From Blastocystis sp. subtype 4 (Eukaryota): a stretch of DNA of 64,000 nucleotides. The DNA lies in NCBI RefSeq assembly GCF_000743755.1, contig NW_014569540.1, positions 1 through 64,000 of the forward strand, written 5' to 3'. Under the pieces are notes generated by a model, which ran no database searches, was not told the DNA's origin, and worked only from the letters and a program-made list of their open reading frames with translations. The translations under genes were made by a program, and so were the position numbers. Shown here one piece after another: positions 1 to 11,900 of the stretch (positions within the stretch are counted from its first letter, which is position 1; every line of letters begins with the position of its first letter).

Positions 1-99
1 CTGAGTCTTGATCTTGATCTCAGTTGCCTTTTCAATCGCTTCTTGCTTGATGAACTCACACATCTGCTCAATTCGTTTGTCTGTATCAGAAGCACTCAT
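1..99 (-). CDS. ATP6V1E: V-type H+-ATPase subunit E, 5' end (runs off window)
   Basis: ATG at 99 reads MSASDTDKRIEQMCEFIKQEAIEKATEIKIKTQ, matching the V-ATPase E N-terminal pattern (QIxxMxxFIxQEAxEKAxEI). Confidence 0.85.
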   Translation of the reverse strand, partial: MSASDTDKRIEQMCEFIKQEAIEKATEIKIKTQ

Positions 100-238
100 T
101 TCTATATGTCCTCTCTGCCAAGATTTGGAGAAAAAAGAATATGGAATAGTCACCGCGGGAATCTGATAATAACTATTGTACATTTCCTAGATGTTTAAAA
201 CGCTCTAATAAGTGATAGATATCAATAAGAAACAGAAT

Positions 239-625
239 AGGAAAGGAAATCGGTTAACCGTGTAATCAGAGTACTACGCAATGATGACTCTTCCACATCC
301 GATAGAGGAATAGAGCAACTAACATATACTATTCGGTTGAATCGTTTTGCAAGGATTCGCGATAAACGATCAGAAACATCATTATTATCGATTCCTATTC
401 TTCAGAAGTAGTAATCCATCACATACCTTGTAATAGAACGGATGTTGAGGGAGTATCAAAACGACTGTTTATAGAGACCGATAGATTTCTCAGGGAAGTG
501 TCAAAGATGGTTCCAATCCAAAGGAAAAGAGCGGAATCCATTTTGAGGACATTGACGATTAGTCGTTTATTTGCGATTTGAATAGAGTATTCACCTTGTT
601 TAATTTGATTTAAAGAAGAATCCAT
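239..625 (-). CDS. PSMG4: Proteasome assembly chaperone 4-like; stop probably completed by polyadenylation
   Basis: ATG 625; ...DSALFLWIG...LRNLSVSINSRF..STSVLLQG, 32-nt intron 395-426, then SDRLSRILAKRFNRIVYVSCSI, a PAC4-like pattern. TGTTTCTT element at 227-234. Confidence 0.65.
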
Positions 626-639
626 TAACCAATAGAACA

Positions 640-3600
640 CTAAGACAAACTATTGCTTTCTGAATGATCATCTACATCATTATCTATAGAATTACAGAAA
701 TATGGATATAGTACCATGATTATCAAAAGGAGAAACGAAAGGTTGGGAAGATGGTTGAGTCATAGTAATTGATTTATCACAGGGTTCAAGTAGAACAAGC
801 TTTCCCTTCATTTCACTACTATCTCTTATCCATCTCAACTACATATACTCCAGAAGAGACTGCTTCACAACAACAGCAGTAGGTATAAGAATTCCTACAC
901 CCCGTTCTGAATTCAAACTAGCGGAGAGTTGTCGACAATAGATGGTCTGATATTCTGTTTGATCCGAGAAGTCATTAAACTCCCCTCCAATACTTTCTCC
1001 TGTCCATGGTCGTAACACTCCTTCAGAGTCCATACAATAGTGAGTTGGTTCAGTAACAGTCACATTATCACATACAGTAAACAAAGACGGCATTTCTGGA
1101 ATGGATGGAAGTCTTTTAGGCAGGTTATGGAAGTGAAGCATTGCTTCTCGCTGTACAAGTAGGGTCTGTAGATAGAGAAAAGGAAGACTCTTCACGGACG
1201 AAATACCATTACAAAGGATCTGATCACAGATAACACAGTGAAGGGTTTGTCGCAAGATCGTTTGACTCTTGGAAGGGACTATGAGTTCTTCAGCTTCGCG
1301 TTTGATAGATGGAGGAGTTGGGATATCTTGGGTATTCTGTGACAAAGAGTAGTTATCATAATCCCGAGAACATCTCTCAAAGAACTCTTTCAAACTCGTT
1401 TGAAGTAATGTTTCAGATTCACTAACTGTAATCGAACTTCGAAACCATTTGCTGAGTTTTCCTCTAGTGGAAGGATTACGAAATCTGCTATCAAGAAGGA
1501 TAATCGCTCCATAATCATTCTTATGTCGAATACACCGACCTAAACTCTGATTCATTGCTCGATAGGCTTGTTCCTCATACCATGTTTTCCCATCCTGCCA
1601 TTTTGGATCTAATGCATGTTGTTGATCCATGTACTCACGCATCAGGACAATTTCATGAGCTCTATGAATCATTGTTCACTTTCAATATGACTGAGCACTA
1701 GCGAATGGAATACTGATACTAATAACAGCACGAGCCATGTAATCTTTGAAGTCAATACCTTCACTTATCTTTCCTCGACTCACACCAAAAAATAAGGCTC
1801 CAATATGAGAACTGGAAGTGAGTCCACGACGTTTACTCTCCTCTGAAATTAGGACCACTTTTCATACAAACCATATTGATCAAGACATTTGGTATAACTA
1901 TCGAAGTTTTTATCAAAACGTTTTGGATTCCTATTTTCTTGAAAAACTTTCTTATATGCTCCAATTCGTCCCATTAACCCGGTATTCTTCCACTGCGTAA
2001 TCATCATATCCATCACTCTAATGATAATGGTGTTTGATCATGATTACGAATATGAAGGAAAGAAGCAAACGACTCCTGATGGGATGTTCTTGATACAATC
2101 AAGAATTGCTTCACCAATAGCATCAACATATGCATCTTTACTTCGATTCTCATAGGAACCCATAAGAGGTACACAATGATAAGCTGGTACCACTGTAGCA
2201 AACAACTATCAATAAGAGAGAAATACAATTTGGACTTGTTTCTTTACATCAATACTCGAAATGCCTTCAACACGATTCTTAAATTCAACATTCATTTCAA
2301 CAGCAAAACTATCCAAAGGAGAGAGAGTACCTGATTTCATTATCACTTCATTCATACTTACCACTTGCTAAGATTATACTTGAAACATTTCTCTTGATAT
2401 CTCGAAACACAATACCAGCATTCAAACAGATAAGTGACAGAGAAGTATTCTTTTCTTCCTCTTCCTTGATATTTCCATAACCATGCTTTTTTCGTTGTTT
2501 CACGATCTTTTTCTCGATCAGCAATCGGAAATCTGCGACATTTTGCTGATTAGCTCGAAAGATGTATCCAACAATTCGGCATAGATTCTGGAGTGTTTTC
2601 ACCCCGCCACAACCTCGAACATACATTCCAAATAAAATACGTTGCAATTTGTTTTTTTTAGATGATCCTGAAGGGTTTACAAGTTTGGAGGCCCATTCAT
2701 CAATCTCACTGCAATGAAGAACAACCTCATTAATATCACTTTCATCTTGAAATAACCCCTGCTGAATCATCAAAAGCATTCCTGATCCGTATTCCAAGGT
2801 GAAGAATGAATCATTGCTGTGACTCGAAAGTGTCGCTTGGATCGAGAGAAACCACTCTAAAATACTTGTTAAACGTCTCTTCACATAATTTAGTGAACTC
2901 CAATTAATAGCTTTCAATTCGTCTGGAAGAGCAGATTTATTCTTTTTAGTCATATCGTTCAGAGTATTTAGAAAACTGGAATAATTTTCAATCTCGATTC
3001 GGAATTGGAAAAGACTGATTGTCATAGATGCACTGTCTCGTGCCACACTTAGAATATTATGAGCTTCATCAAATAGAACAGCTGTATTCTTCAAGTTGAT
3101 TCCCATCGCTGAGCGAATAGATGGATCAATGACATAGTTGTATGGAGCAAAGATAATTTCACTCTTTCTCATCATTTCACGCGCAACAAAATAGGGACAA
3201 GCCCCTTTCATCTTGCAAACAGTCTTTAAGTCTTCAATGTCAATAATGCCCTTTAGGCAACGCACTACTGATCGAACCTTGTCATATGACCGGAATCGAC
3301 ATGTTATAGCATGACTCAATACACTGGATGTACATTCTGTCGAACTCTCTGTTTCTAAGCTTCCTCCACACAGTTCCTCCACATTGATATCAGGATTCTT
3401 AGTAAATTTGGAATTGATACAATAACGATTCTTTGAGGCCAACACTACCATTGAAAGCATACGTTCCTGACCGGGTTCTATTGAGTCATAGACGTTACAA
3501 ATGGACTACTGATACTGCCATGGCGCTCCATGAGGAAGTTACTACGTTTCAATTCTTGAACAACTTGATCGAGTTGAGCATGCGTTCGAGAACAATAGAA

Positions 3601-4253
3601 GATGTGGTGCACACGTTTATCTAGAGTTTCATTTAGTTTCTCAAGTTTCTCCCTCAGTTGGTCAATATCCTGGTTTCTACTAGTACCGTTACTAGAATTC
3701 TGTCTACATATCAGAAATTCAAACGTTACCAACAAAGGATCATTTCCGGAAAATGAAATGTTGGTACCAGATTCCTCTCCTGTCACGCTATCTTCCTTCT
3801 TTTCGATTATTGTACCTACGGATTAGAGAATATGAGCTTGGCAACTAATCTGATTCTCTAACTCGTTTTTTCCTTGCTTTAGTCTTGCTTCCTCCTCTTG
3901 CTTCATTTTGAGCCAAGTAATCGACGAACATAACAAAGCGAGTGTCTTTCCAGTTCCAGTTGGAGATTCAAGAATTGCATTTTCGTTTTCAGACAAGGAT
4001 TTGATGATCTATATAGGTAATCTCGAATAGATTTCAGTACTAATGTCATCACACTGCGTTGCGATGGAAATGGAGTTCGATTTACTGGAAATTCAATGTC
4101 GACACCATAACAACGATAGGTCTGAAAAGGAGCGAAGGTAATTCGATCGACCTCAGATGTAGGAATTGTCACAGTGCTATCACTCTGTGACAATATTTCT
4201 GGAGTTCCTTTTTCGCTACTGTCACTGTCACTATCCCCGTCACATGTACTCAT
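640..4253 (-). CDS. XPD-family Fe-S DNA helicase, FANCJ/BRIP1-like (multi-exon)
   Basis: PFPSQ Q-motif, ESPTGTGKT Walker A, SRTHAQL, Fe-S region with CPYF, DEAH, SGTLSP, and RAMNQSLGRCIRHKNDYGAIILLDSRF. Two further ~30-nt introns extend the frame to a TAG at 640-642. Confidence 0.85.
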
Positions 4254-4264
4254 TTATAATGATT

Positions 4265-4272
4265 AACAAACA
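4265..4272 (-). terminator. TGTTTGTT polyadenylation element of the Hsp70-like gene
   Basis: Exact motif shortly after the stop at 4290 and 11 nt before the helicase ATG at 4253. Confidence 0.7.
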
Positions 4273-4289
4273 CGAACTAATACATATTA

Positions 4290-6625
4290 TTACTCCAATT
4301 TCTGTTTCTTTGCCCTAGATATAAGGGATAACGGAAACAACGTACTCCATCTTCTGTGGACTCTGGATGAAGGGGTATTCAGCTCCAATAGCTTTCACTC
4401 GTTCAATTACTTCATCAAGGAACACCGTCAACTTTTCATCATCCTCTACAGTTCTACCTATCAGACTCTTCCTCTAACTTACTTCTTCAATTCATTTAGA
4501 TTCTCAACGGTAGTATTCACAACAGCTTCTTCAGTCTTTCCGTTAAAGAATCTGCTGCGAATGACTCCAAACTTATCCTGGATTCGACTCAAATTAACAC
4601 CTTCATTCCTAGCCTTGGTGGTAAACACATCGATATCGTTGCGCATAGAACCGACTTGGTGTCTCTTGCTCTCGAAACGATCTTGCTCCATCATGTTATA
4701 CAGAGCACGAACCAGCATGGATGTTTCCTCCTCTGGATGTGACAATTTATTCATTACAGAATGGAGTGGAACCTTCTCCTTCTCTGCATCCTTCACACCA
4801 TCCTGAAGCATCTGTAGTGCATCATTAACAGATCTCTCAAGACTGAAGTATTCCTGAGGTAATCCAGAGAGTGAATGTTTGGCGAGTTCTTGCTCACCCA
4901 TGAAGCAGTGAAGGGTGTCACTGGGATCCACACAGATCTTGATAGATACAACTTCTTCTTTGAGAATATCGGCTTTATCAAACTCAAAACAACAGAAAAC
5001 ATCAGTGGATTTATTCAAAATGATCTATATAACAGAGAAACAAGAGAAGTACAGGATGTCCCTTTATGACCTTAAATTCACCAAGACACTCCATAGCATC
5101 TTGTTCAATATTCAGTCTTCGGAGTTTACCTTTCTCTAATAGAGGATGTGTCTTATAGATTGGTCCAAGCGAGCCTTTCTCAACAACAGACACAGAGAGA
5201 CTATTGGGATTCACAATCTTCATTGCAAAATGCGCACCTTCATCAATCTCTTCACACTTTTCTGATGCCATCTCCGTTAGAATAGCACCATCGACACCGT
5301 ACTCCAGATTCAATGTGTAACTCGCATTCTTACACTAGAAATGAAAAAACCCTTAAACTCTTACAGAGAAAAGATCAACATTCTGCTTAACGAAGCTTTC
5401 CAGTACATCTTTGAAGATACACAGACGAGAACAGCCTCCTGCAATCTCAACTCGAGTTATTTGGGAAGGGATTTTCACTCCAGTGATCGACTTCAGTTTC
5501 GCTATTATACACTTCTTCCACTCTTCTAAGAACTCTTGCAGCTTTTCAACCAAAGGCGTCAGGGCCTGTCTTACTTCTGATTCCTTCACCTCAACTATCA
5601 ATGAATCATCCTTTCAGTTCGAACTTTGACCAGTGAAATCCATCCAGTTGATTTCACAGCAAGTTTCATCAACAGCTGAATTCGAAAAGACAGACTTCAT
5701 CGACTCGATTTCTTTTCGATTGTCGAATAAGCAAGTGTTGGAAATGAGGTCCTCAAGAGTCACAGAACAATCATCGAGTTCCTCTTTGATAGCCTCATCC
5801 TTAGCCAACTCTGTGAGCTTCTCCCTGATGATTTGGTGTATGACTTCATCAACCTTGCATCCACATACTGCATCAGTAGACGAAGAATCGACCGTAATGA
5901 ACTGTCTCTCCAAAGAACCGTTCTCATTCGTTAGATTTCCACAGACTACAGTGTGGATTACTGAGTGGGTAGCTCCCATATCGATGTATGCAACACATTG
6001 AGTGGCATCATTTCGTGTCATCTGTCCAAAGTGCTGATTAGAGAAGGATATGGCAAATGATTCTAAGCACAAACGAGGCTTCGGCAAACCAACACTCTCT
6101 GCAGCTTTCAAAAGAAGAGAACGTCGTGAATCATCAAAATAATTAGGAATCTACTATGAAAATCAACTGGCTACATTGTACCACAAGAATAACAGAGTCA
6201 TCTGATTTGATCTCGTGATTCTGTTTGATGTAACGAAGGATCCAGAGGAGAAGTGAATAAAAGGATTCTGTATTGTATTCTTTATTCTTTGTCTTCGGGT
6301 CATCAGGAAGTGCAAACAGAGAATAGGAGAGCAGGCTATCAAAAGGGAAGAAGTGATGCGATCCTTGTTTCCTGTAGGGCTAAAAGATAATTTAAGAGAA
6401 GATCTACTACAGCCTTTCTGACTGAATGGCCCAAAACCAACTCGTCTTTCTTATAAAAACACGAATTCCTATATAGCCATTACAAAACATATCATACAAG
6501 ACACTTTTCTCATTCACAGTCTCCACATTCTCATAACTCAGATACGAGTACCCATTATACTTCATTGGCTTCGATCTAGCAACATAGATCGTCCTAGCTC
6601 CAAATCCAATCGACCAGAAAACCAT
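4290..6625 (-). CDS. Highly divergent Hsp70/Hsp110-family protein (multi-exon)
   Basis: Actin-fold motifs WSIGFGARTIYVA, IPNYFDDSRRSLLLKAAESVGL, YIDMGATHS and IAGGCSRL, followed by a helical C-terminal region. Spliced end reads MEAKKQKLE* at 4290. Confidence 0.6.
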
Positions 6626-6680
6626 TGAACCTTTCTTTAAAGTAAACTGAGTTCACAATAACTGATATACTTTGTTTGAT

Positions 6681-7266
6681 ATGTCGACTGAAAAGTTGAT
6701 TGAAGTAACTACCAAACCGTCAGATCATGAGTTCTGTATTCAAGTGCAACTCTCAGAACTAATTGAGTCTGTCAAGGTAAAGTCTTCAGGAACAACAATT
6801 GGAGATACAAATTATGGAAAGCTGCATGGTCCTCAGATCTTTATTTCGTCAGCTGGCCAATATCTGGGAATGATGGAGTACCGAGATGGAATTGAGGATG
6901 GAAATGCTGTAACTGTTGGTCCTAGTAATGCAATTATGGCAGAAGGGCGGTTTGAAAATGGTGAATGCATTTTTGTCAAAATGTACAGAGATGGTTTCAT
7001 ATATTCCTGGGAAAAGAATCCAGAAAATGGATTCTCTTATAAGATAGAGGATCCTCAGGTAAGGTGTTCGATTCAGTTTAATGTGGACAAAGATGGATAT
7101 GGATGTGGAGAATCTCTTGCTATGATTCAAGGTGAACAGAAAACTGTGACTCTTAGGAAGGGCACTGTAATGAGAGAATCTAGGCCTTGGTCATATTGGC
7201 TTGTTGTTGTTGGTATCATTGTTTTTGGACTTATCGCTGGTGCAATTCTATGGAAGAAGTATTGGT
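6681..7266 (+). CDS. Tail-anchored protein with MORN-like beta repeats; stop made by polyadenylation
   Basis: Intronless frame with GKLHG/YRDG/GRFENG MORN-like motifs and a C-terminal TM helix (WLVVVGIIVFGLIAGAILWKKYW). The in-frame T at 7266 lies 4 nt before TGTTTGTT. Confidence 0.55.
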
Positions 7267-7270
7267 TCTG

Positions 7271-7287
7271 TGTTTGTTCAACATACA
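7271..7287. terminator. Back-to-back poly(A) elements: TGTTTGTT (+) and TGTATGTT (-)
   Basis: TGTTTGTT-C-AACATACA lies between two convergent genes. Confidence 0.7.
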
Positions 7288-7291
7288 AGCA

Positions 7292-8785
7292 TAGATTCGT
7301 TCATGTGTTGCATAAACCACCATATCCTCATCTGCAACAATGGTACTTTGGTTGTCAGCAACTTGGAATAAAATAGATCCTCGCCTATTTGTCACTTCTC
7401 ACATCCAATGTCACTTGACGTTCATATCTCCAACTTTACCACATCCGGAATAACCGATGAGAATACGTGGAATAGAAATACAAGGAATGGAATATGACTC
7501 TCCCTTCTTTAATGTGATCACTTCAATCATGAATTCCTTGGCATCGGTCTGTATCGTTGCATAGTGATCATCAACACTGATAGGGTGCAATACACGAACA
7601 GGTCCACATCTAAAGATTAACTCAACATCCTAAGTAAACTCATAAGTCAACATATCAATCAAGGTTTCCTTATCAATCGCCTTCGGAGTCAAACCGGCAC
7701 GCACCACATTGTTACTACAGGCCATTGTCTCAACAATATTTCCTAAGGAAAAGACAGATGATTATTCATACCAGAAAGATAAGCATGAGGAATATCGGCA
7801 CCTAGATAGATTGCTTCACCACGTTTTAAGAGGAGCAGATTCAGGAGGAAAGGAGCAAAGACACCAGAGTCTGCTGGATACTATTCATAAAAGGATAAGA
7901 AGAAAATCACCTGAGTTATCAACTTAGCTACCCATTCCTCGATAAAAGATTTCTCCGTCTTTGTAGCCAGATATTCTTTCATTCCATTAACTTGTTTCTA
8001 TTCTATGAAAGAAATGAAGAACCATTACAACAACCTCCGAAGGGTCTGCCTCCAAGAAGGCAGCAAAGACATTTCGAAGTGCTTCTTTCACGTTGGAATT
8101 AGACTTGACAGCTTGTTCAAATTCTGAGCACACTAGATAGAATAGATACTGATTCAATACCTGTCTCTCCAATTAGAGTACGAAGATAAATGCACTCATG
8201 AAGATTGGAGGCAATTTCTTCTGCTGAACGGAATCCACACATTGCAGTGAAGTCATCCAGAGCATAAGCCATCTCAGGCTTGTGATTTGCATCCTTATAC
8301 AAAGCGGGCTTTGTTTGGTGAAGAACCTCTGCAAGCTTCTTATCAGGATGAGCTTGAATCGATAGAGCCGTTTCCACCGAAAGAACCTTGGAAAGGAAAG
8401 GCAATTCCAATGACTGGCATCCCTGACTTTTTCCTAGTGTTTCAGGATGAGCCTACAAATCAAGGAAAAAACATAACCGTATCTCAAGAAAGGATTTCAA
8501 TGGTTGATAATTCCCATCAACAAAGATCTCAGATGGACCACTAGGGTGGGTTCCAAACCTACAATAAGAATCAACACGAAAAACAACCAATATTCAGCAT
8601 AATGTTCATCTTCCTTAATCTCAAAGGATGAATCTTCATCTTTCTATTTATTAATAACAGAAGAATTGAAAGAAACCTTCAACTCGGCAACAACACTATC
8701 ATGGCCTTTCTTACCCCAGTGATAGTTCTGAATCTATCAATAATTAACAACAGCAATATCCTACAATGCAGCGTAACTGATACAT
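7292..8785 (-). CDS. MPI: Mannose-6-phosphate isomerase, type I (multi-exon)
   Basis: [64 protein letters not shown]-terminus KRGSILF...VVYATHERI ends at TA(+A). Confidence 0.92.
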
Positions 8786-8909
8786 TTGTTTGAGAAACAC
8801 CAAAGTGGGGTTCGGATGGGGATCCCCAAATTCGGAAAAAAGAGGTATCAAGAATAGTGGTAAGATTCCACGTTTACGTAAAAAAGGTGTGTATTCCAGT
8901 AATCGTTTC

Positions 8910-11900
8910 ATGAGGCAATAGCATATGAGTTTTCTAATGCATAGTTCAAAGCTAACACATTATTACCGCCATCCTGGGTTGACAAAAGCGACCGAGGAGA
9001 ATATTCTCCGTAAACTGCAAACGAAGGTAGACCCCTCAATTTATGCAGTAGATACGGAGCTTTGCTACAATCTCGATGTCATTTGTGAGTTTACCAAAGA
9101 AGAAGAAGAGGTAGGAATGAATTAGGATAATCAATTGTTCTTATATTTAGATTATGAAATTCATGCTCAGTGAGAGTTATAATCAAACTGGGTTTGGAAT
9201 GTCGTCTTTTCTAAAGAAGGTGAATTCGACAGACCTTCTTGTTGAGGTTGGACCAAGAGTGAGTATTGTGACTGCTTGGTGTACCAATGCTGTATGTCCA
9301 GTTCTTTCGTTTTATTATAGCTGTCAATTTTCCGTTCAAGTAACATCAAGAACGTACGCAGAATCGAGATGAGCAAACGCTATTTGATTTCTACAGCGAA
9401 ATCTGTTAATCGAAAAGCTGTTGAGAGTGTCTTACATGATGAAATGACGGAGACCATTTATCCAGTTCCTTTAGAATCCTTTGCCGCAAATAACTTCCCC
9501 GAAGAGGTTCAAATCGTTCCTATTCTCGAAGAAGGAGATATCGCTGTTGAGCGAGTATTCTTTTGGCTTTCTTTGAATGTAGATCAACCGCTCCTGGTCC
9601 CTTGCACTTTCTCCTAATGAAGTTTCGTTAATTGCTGACATCTTCAAGAATAAGCTTCATCGTAATCCAACTGATGTCGAGATCATGGATTTCATTCAGA
9701 GTAATAATGAGCATTGTCGTCATTTCTTGCTGAATGGCAAGATTACTGTTGATGGTGAAGAGAAGTCTGAAACAATGGCAGATATCCTACGCAGCTGTAA
9801 ACCAACCACTGAATTCCCTTCCACAATCATTTCCTTTGGTCAAGATGGATCAGCCATTTGTGGTACACTTTCAGAGGCGTTGAATCCTGCACAGCCTGGT
9901 CAGCCCTCTCCGATCGTATCATCGTTCCAGAACAAGAATCCGGTGGCCACTGTTACTACACACAACTTCCCTTCGGGAGTTACTCCTTTCCCTGGAGCTG
10001 AGTAGATATGTGTATGGAGTATGATATGTAGAACGGGAGTTGGAGGTCAGATTCGAGAGGTTGTCTCTACTGGAAATGGTGCAAGTATTATGGGAGGGGC
10101 TGCTGGTTTCCTAGTAGGAAATCTGAATATCCCTGGATATGAACAGCCTTGGGAAGAGAAAACCGAATATCCAAGTGAGTGATTCTAATATAATTGACTG
10201 TAGAACTGTATTCAGCTCCACTTACTGTTCTACTGGATGCCTCAGCAGGTGCTGCTGACTATGCCAACAAGTATGGCGAACCTATCATTGCCGGTACTAC
10301 ACGTTCCTTTGGACAGATTCTCCCGAATGGAGTTCGTAGCGAGTATATCAAGCCTGTAGTGATGAGTAATGGGTTTGGTTGTTGCTATGATACCATTCAC
10401 AATGATGATCTGCTGGAAGAAGATATTGTTATTGCTAAGGTGATTATTATGGGATCATCTGATTATTAGATTGGAGGTCCTGCGTTCCGTATGGGTCTTA
10501 AAGGAGGTGCATTATCATCAAAGCAGCAGGAGACACAGCGTAAGAAGTCTCATCATTCTACAACCTCTTCTGCTTTCTCCCAACACCATTCAAGAACAAA
10601 TTCCGATATTCAAGAAGATGATGAGCCTGTTGCAGAAGCAAACATTGATTTTGAAGGTGTACAACGTGGAGATGCTGAAATGGGTAATAAGCTGTGTCGT
10701 GTTGTATCCACTTGTTTGTCGATGGGTCAAAAGAACCCTATTATTAACATCTTTAACCAGGGAGCAGGAGGTAATAGTCATATCATGAAGTTGATTACGT
10801 CATGTCGTGCGAATTTCAGTAGACAATAGAGTCATTCATAATATATAGAACGAGGTATATGTGTGGATTTAGATAAGATTGTTCTTGGAGATGATTCATT
10901 GTCAGCAAGAGAGATTTGGGGAGCTGAGTATCAGGAGAATGTATGTGTATTGGTGAAGAAGGAGAATGTGGAGTTATTACAGCAGATCTGTGATCGAGAA
11001 CGCATCAATTTCATGGTTATCGGTCACGTTACAGGTTTGCTTCAATTCCATCTCTGATATCTAGATACGGGTCGTATTGAAGTGTTCTACAACTCTGAAC
11101 GTGTGGTGGATCTGCCTGTGGATGTGACTTATGATGCTATTCCTCAGCATATCTATAATGATCAGACTCAACAACTTACCACTGTACCTCTCACTCTTCC
11201 TGATAGCTCTCTTCGTGACCTTCTGCTCCGTACTCTTCATCTGCTCTCGGTTGGAAGCAAACGATTCTTTGTAGAGAAGTTTGATCGTAGTATTTCTGGT
11301 CTGATTGCTAGTCAACCTGTATCAGGTGATTCTCTTCTTATATCTAGTGTTGTGGACCTTTGTTTCTTCCTGTAGCAGATGTGGCTGTGATTGCCAAAGA
11401 CTATCGAGCCCGCACAAGTGGTCTGGCCTTTGCCTTAGGAGAACAGCCACTGAAATCGTTCCTGTCACTGCGTAGTATGGTGCGTTTGTCAGTGGGTGAA
11501 GCCTTAACGAATCTGGTATTTGGAAATGTGACTCAGTACAGTGATATTCATCTTCTATTGAGCTTCAACTGTGCTGGTAAGTTGCCTGGAGAAACAGCTC
11601 GGATGTATGAGTGTTGTGAAGAAGTACGCAATACGGTCATGACTCTGGGTCTGGAGGTTGTGAATGTAAAAGACTCTGTGAGTATGGCTGTAAGAATGCA
11701 GGATCAGACTGTGAAAGTAGGTGTAAGCATAGATATGAGATCTAGGCTCCTATGACTCTTGCTGTTACTGCTTTCGCAAACTGTGAAGATGTGAACGATA
11801 TTGTGACTCCAGATTTGAAGCATAGTGCTCAGCATAGCAGGCTTCTCTTCATCGATCTGAATGGAGGTGCACTTAGTCTCGGCGGAAGTGCTTTAGCTCA

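Noticed and set aside
7267..7376. Apparent overlap of the 234-aa + ORF with MPI
   Set aside because: Explained by polyadenylation-created stops on both genes.
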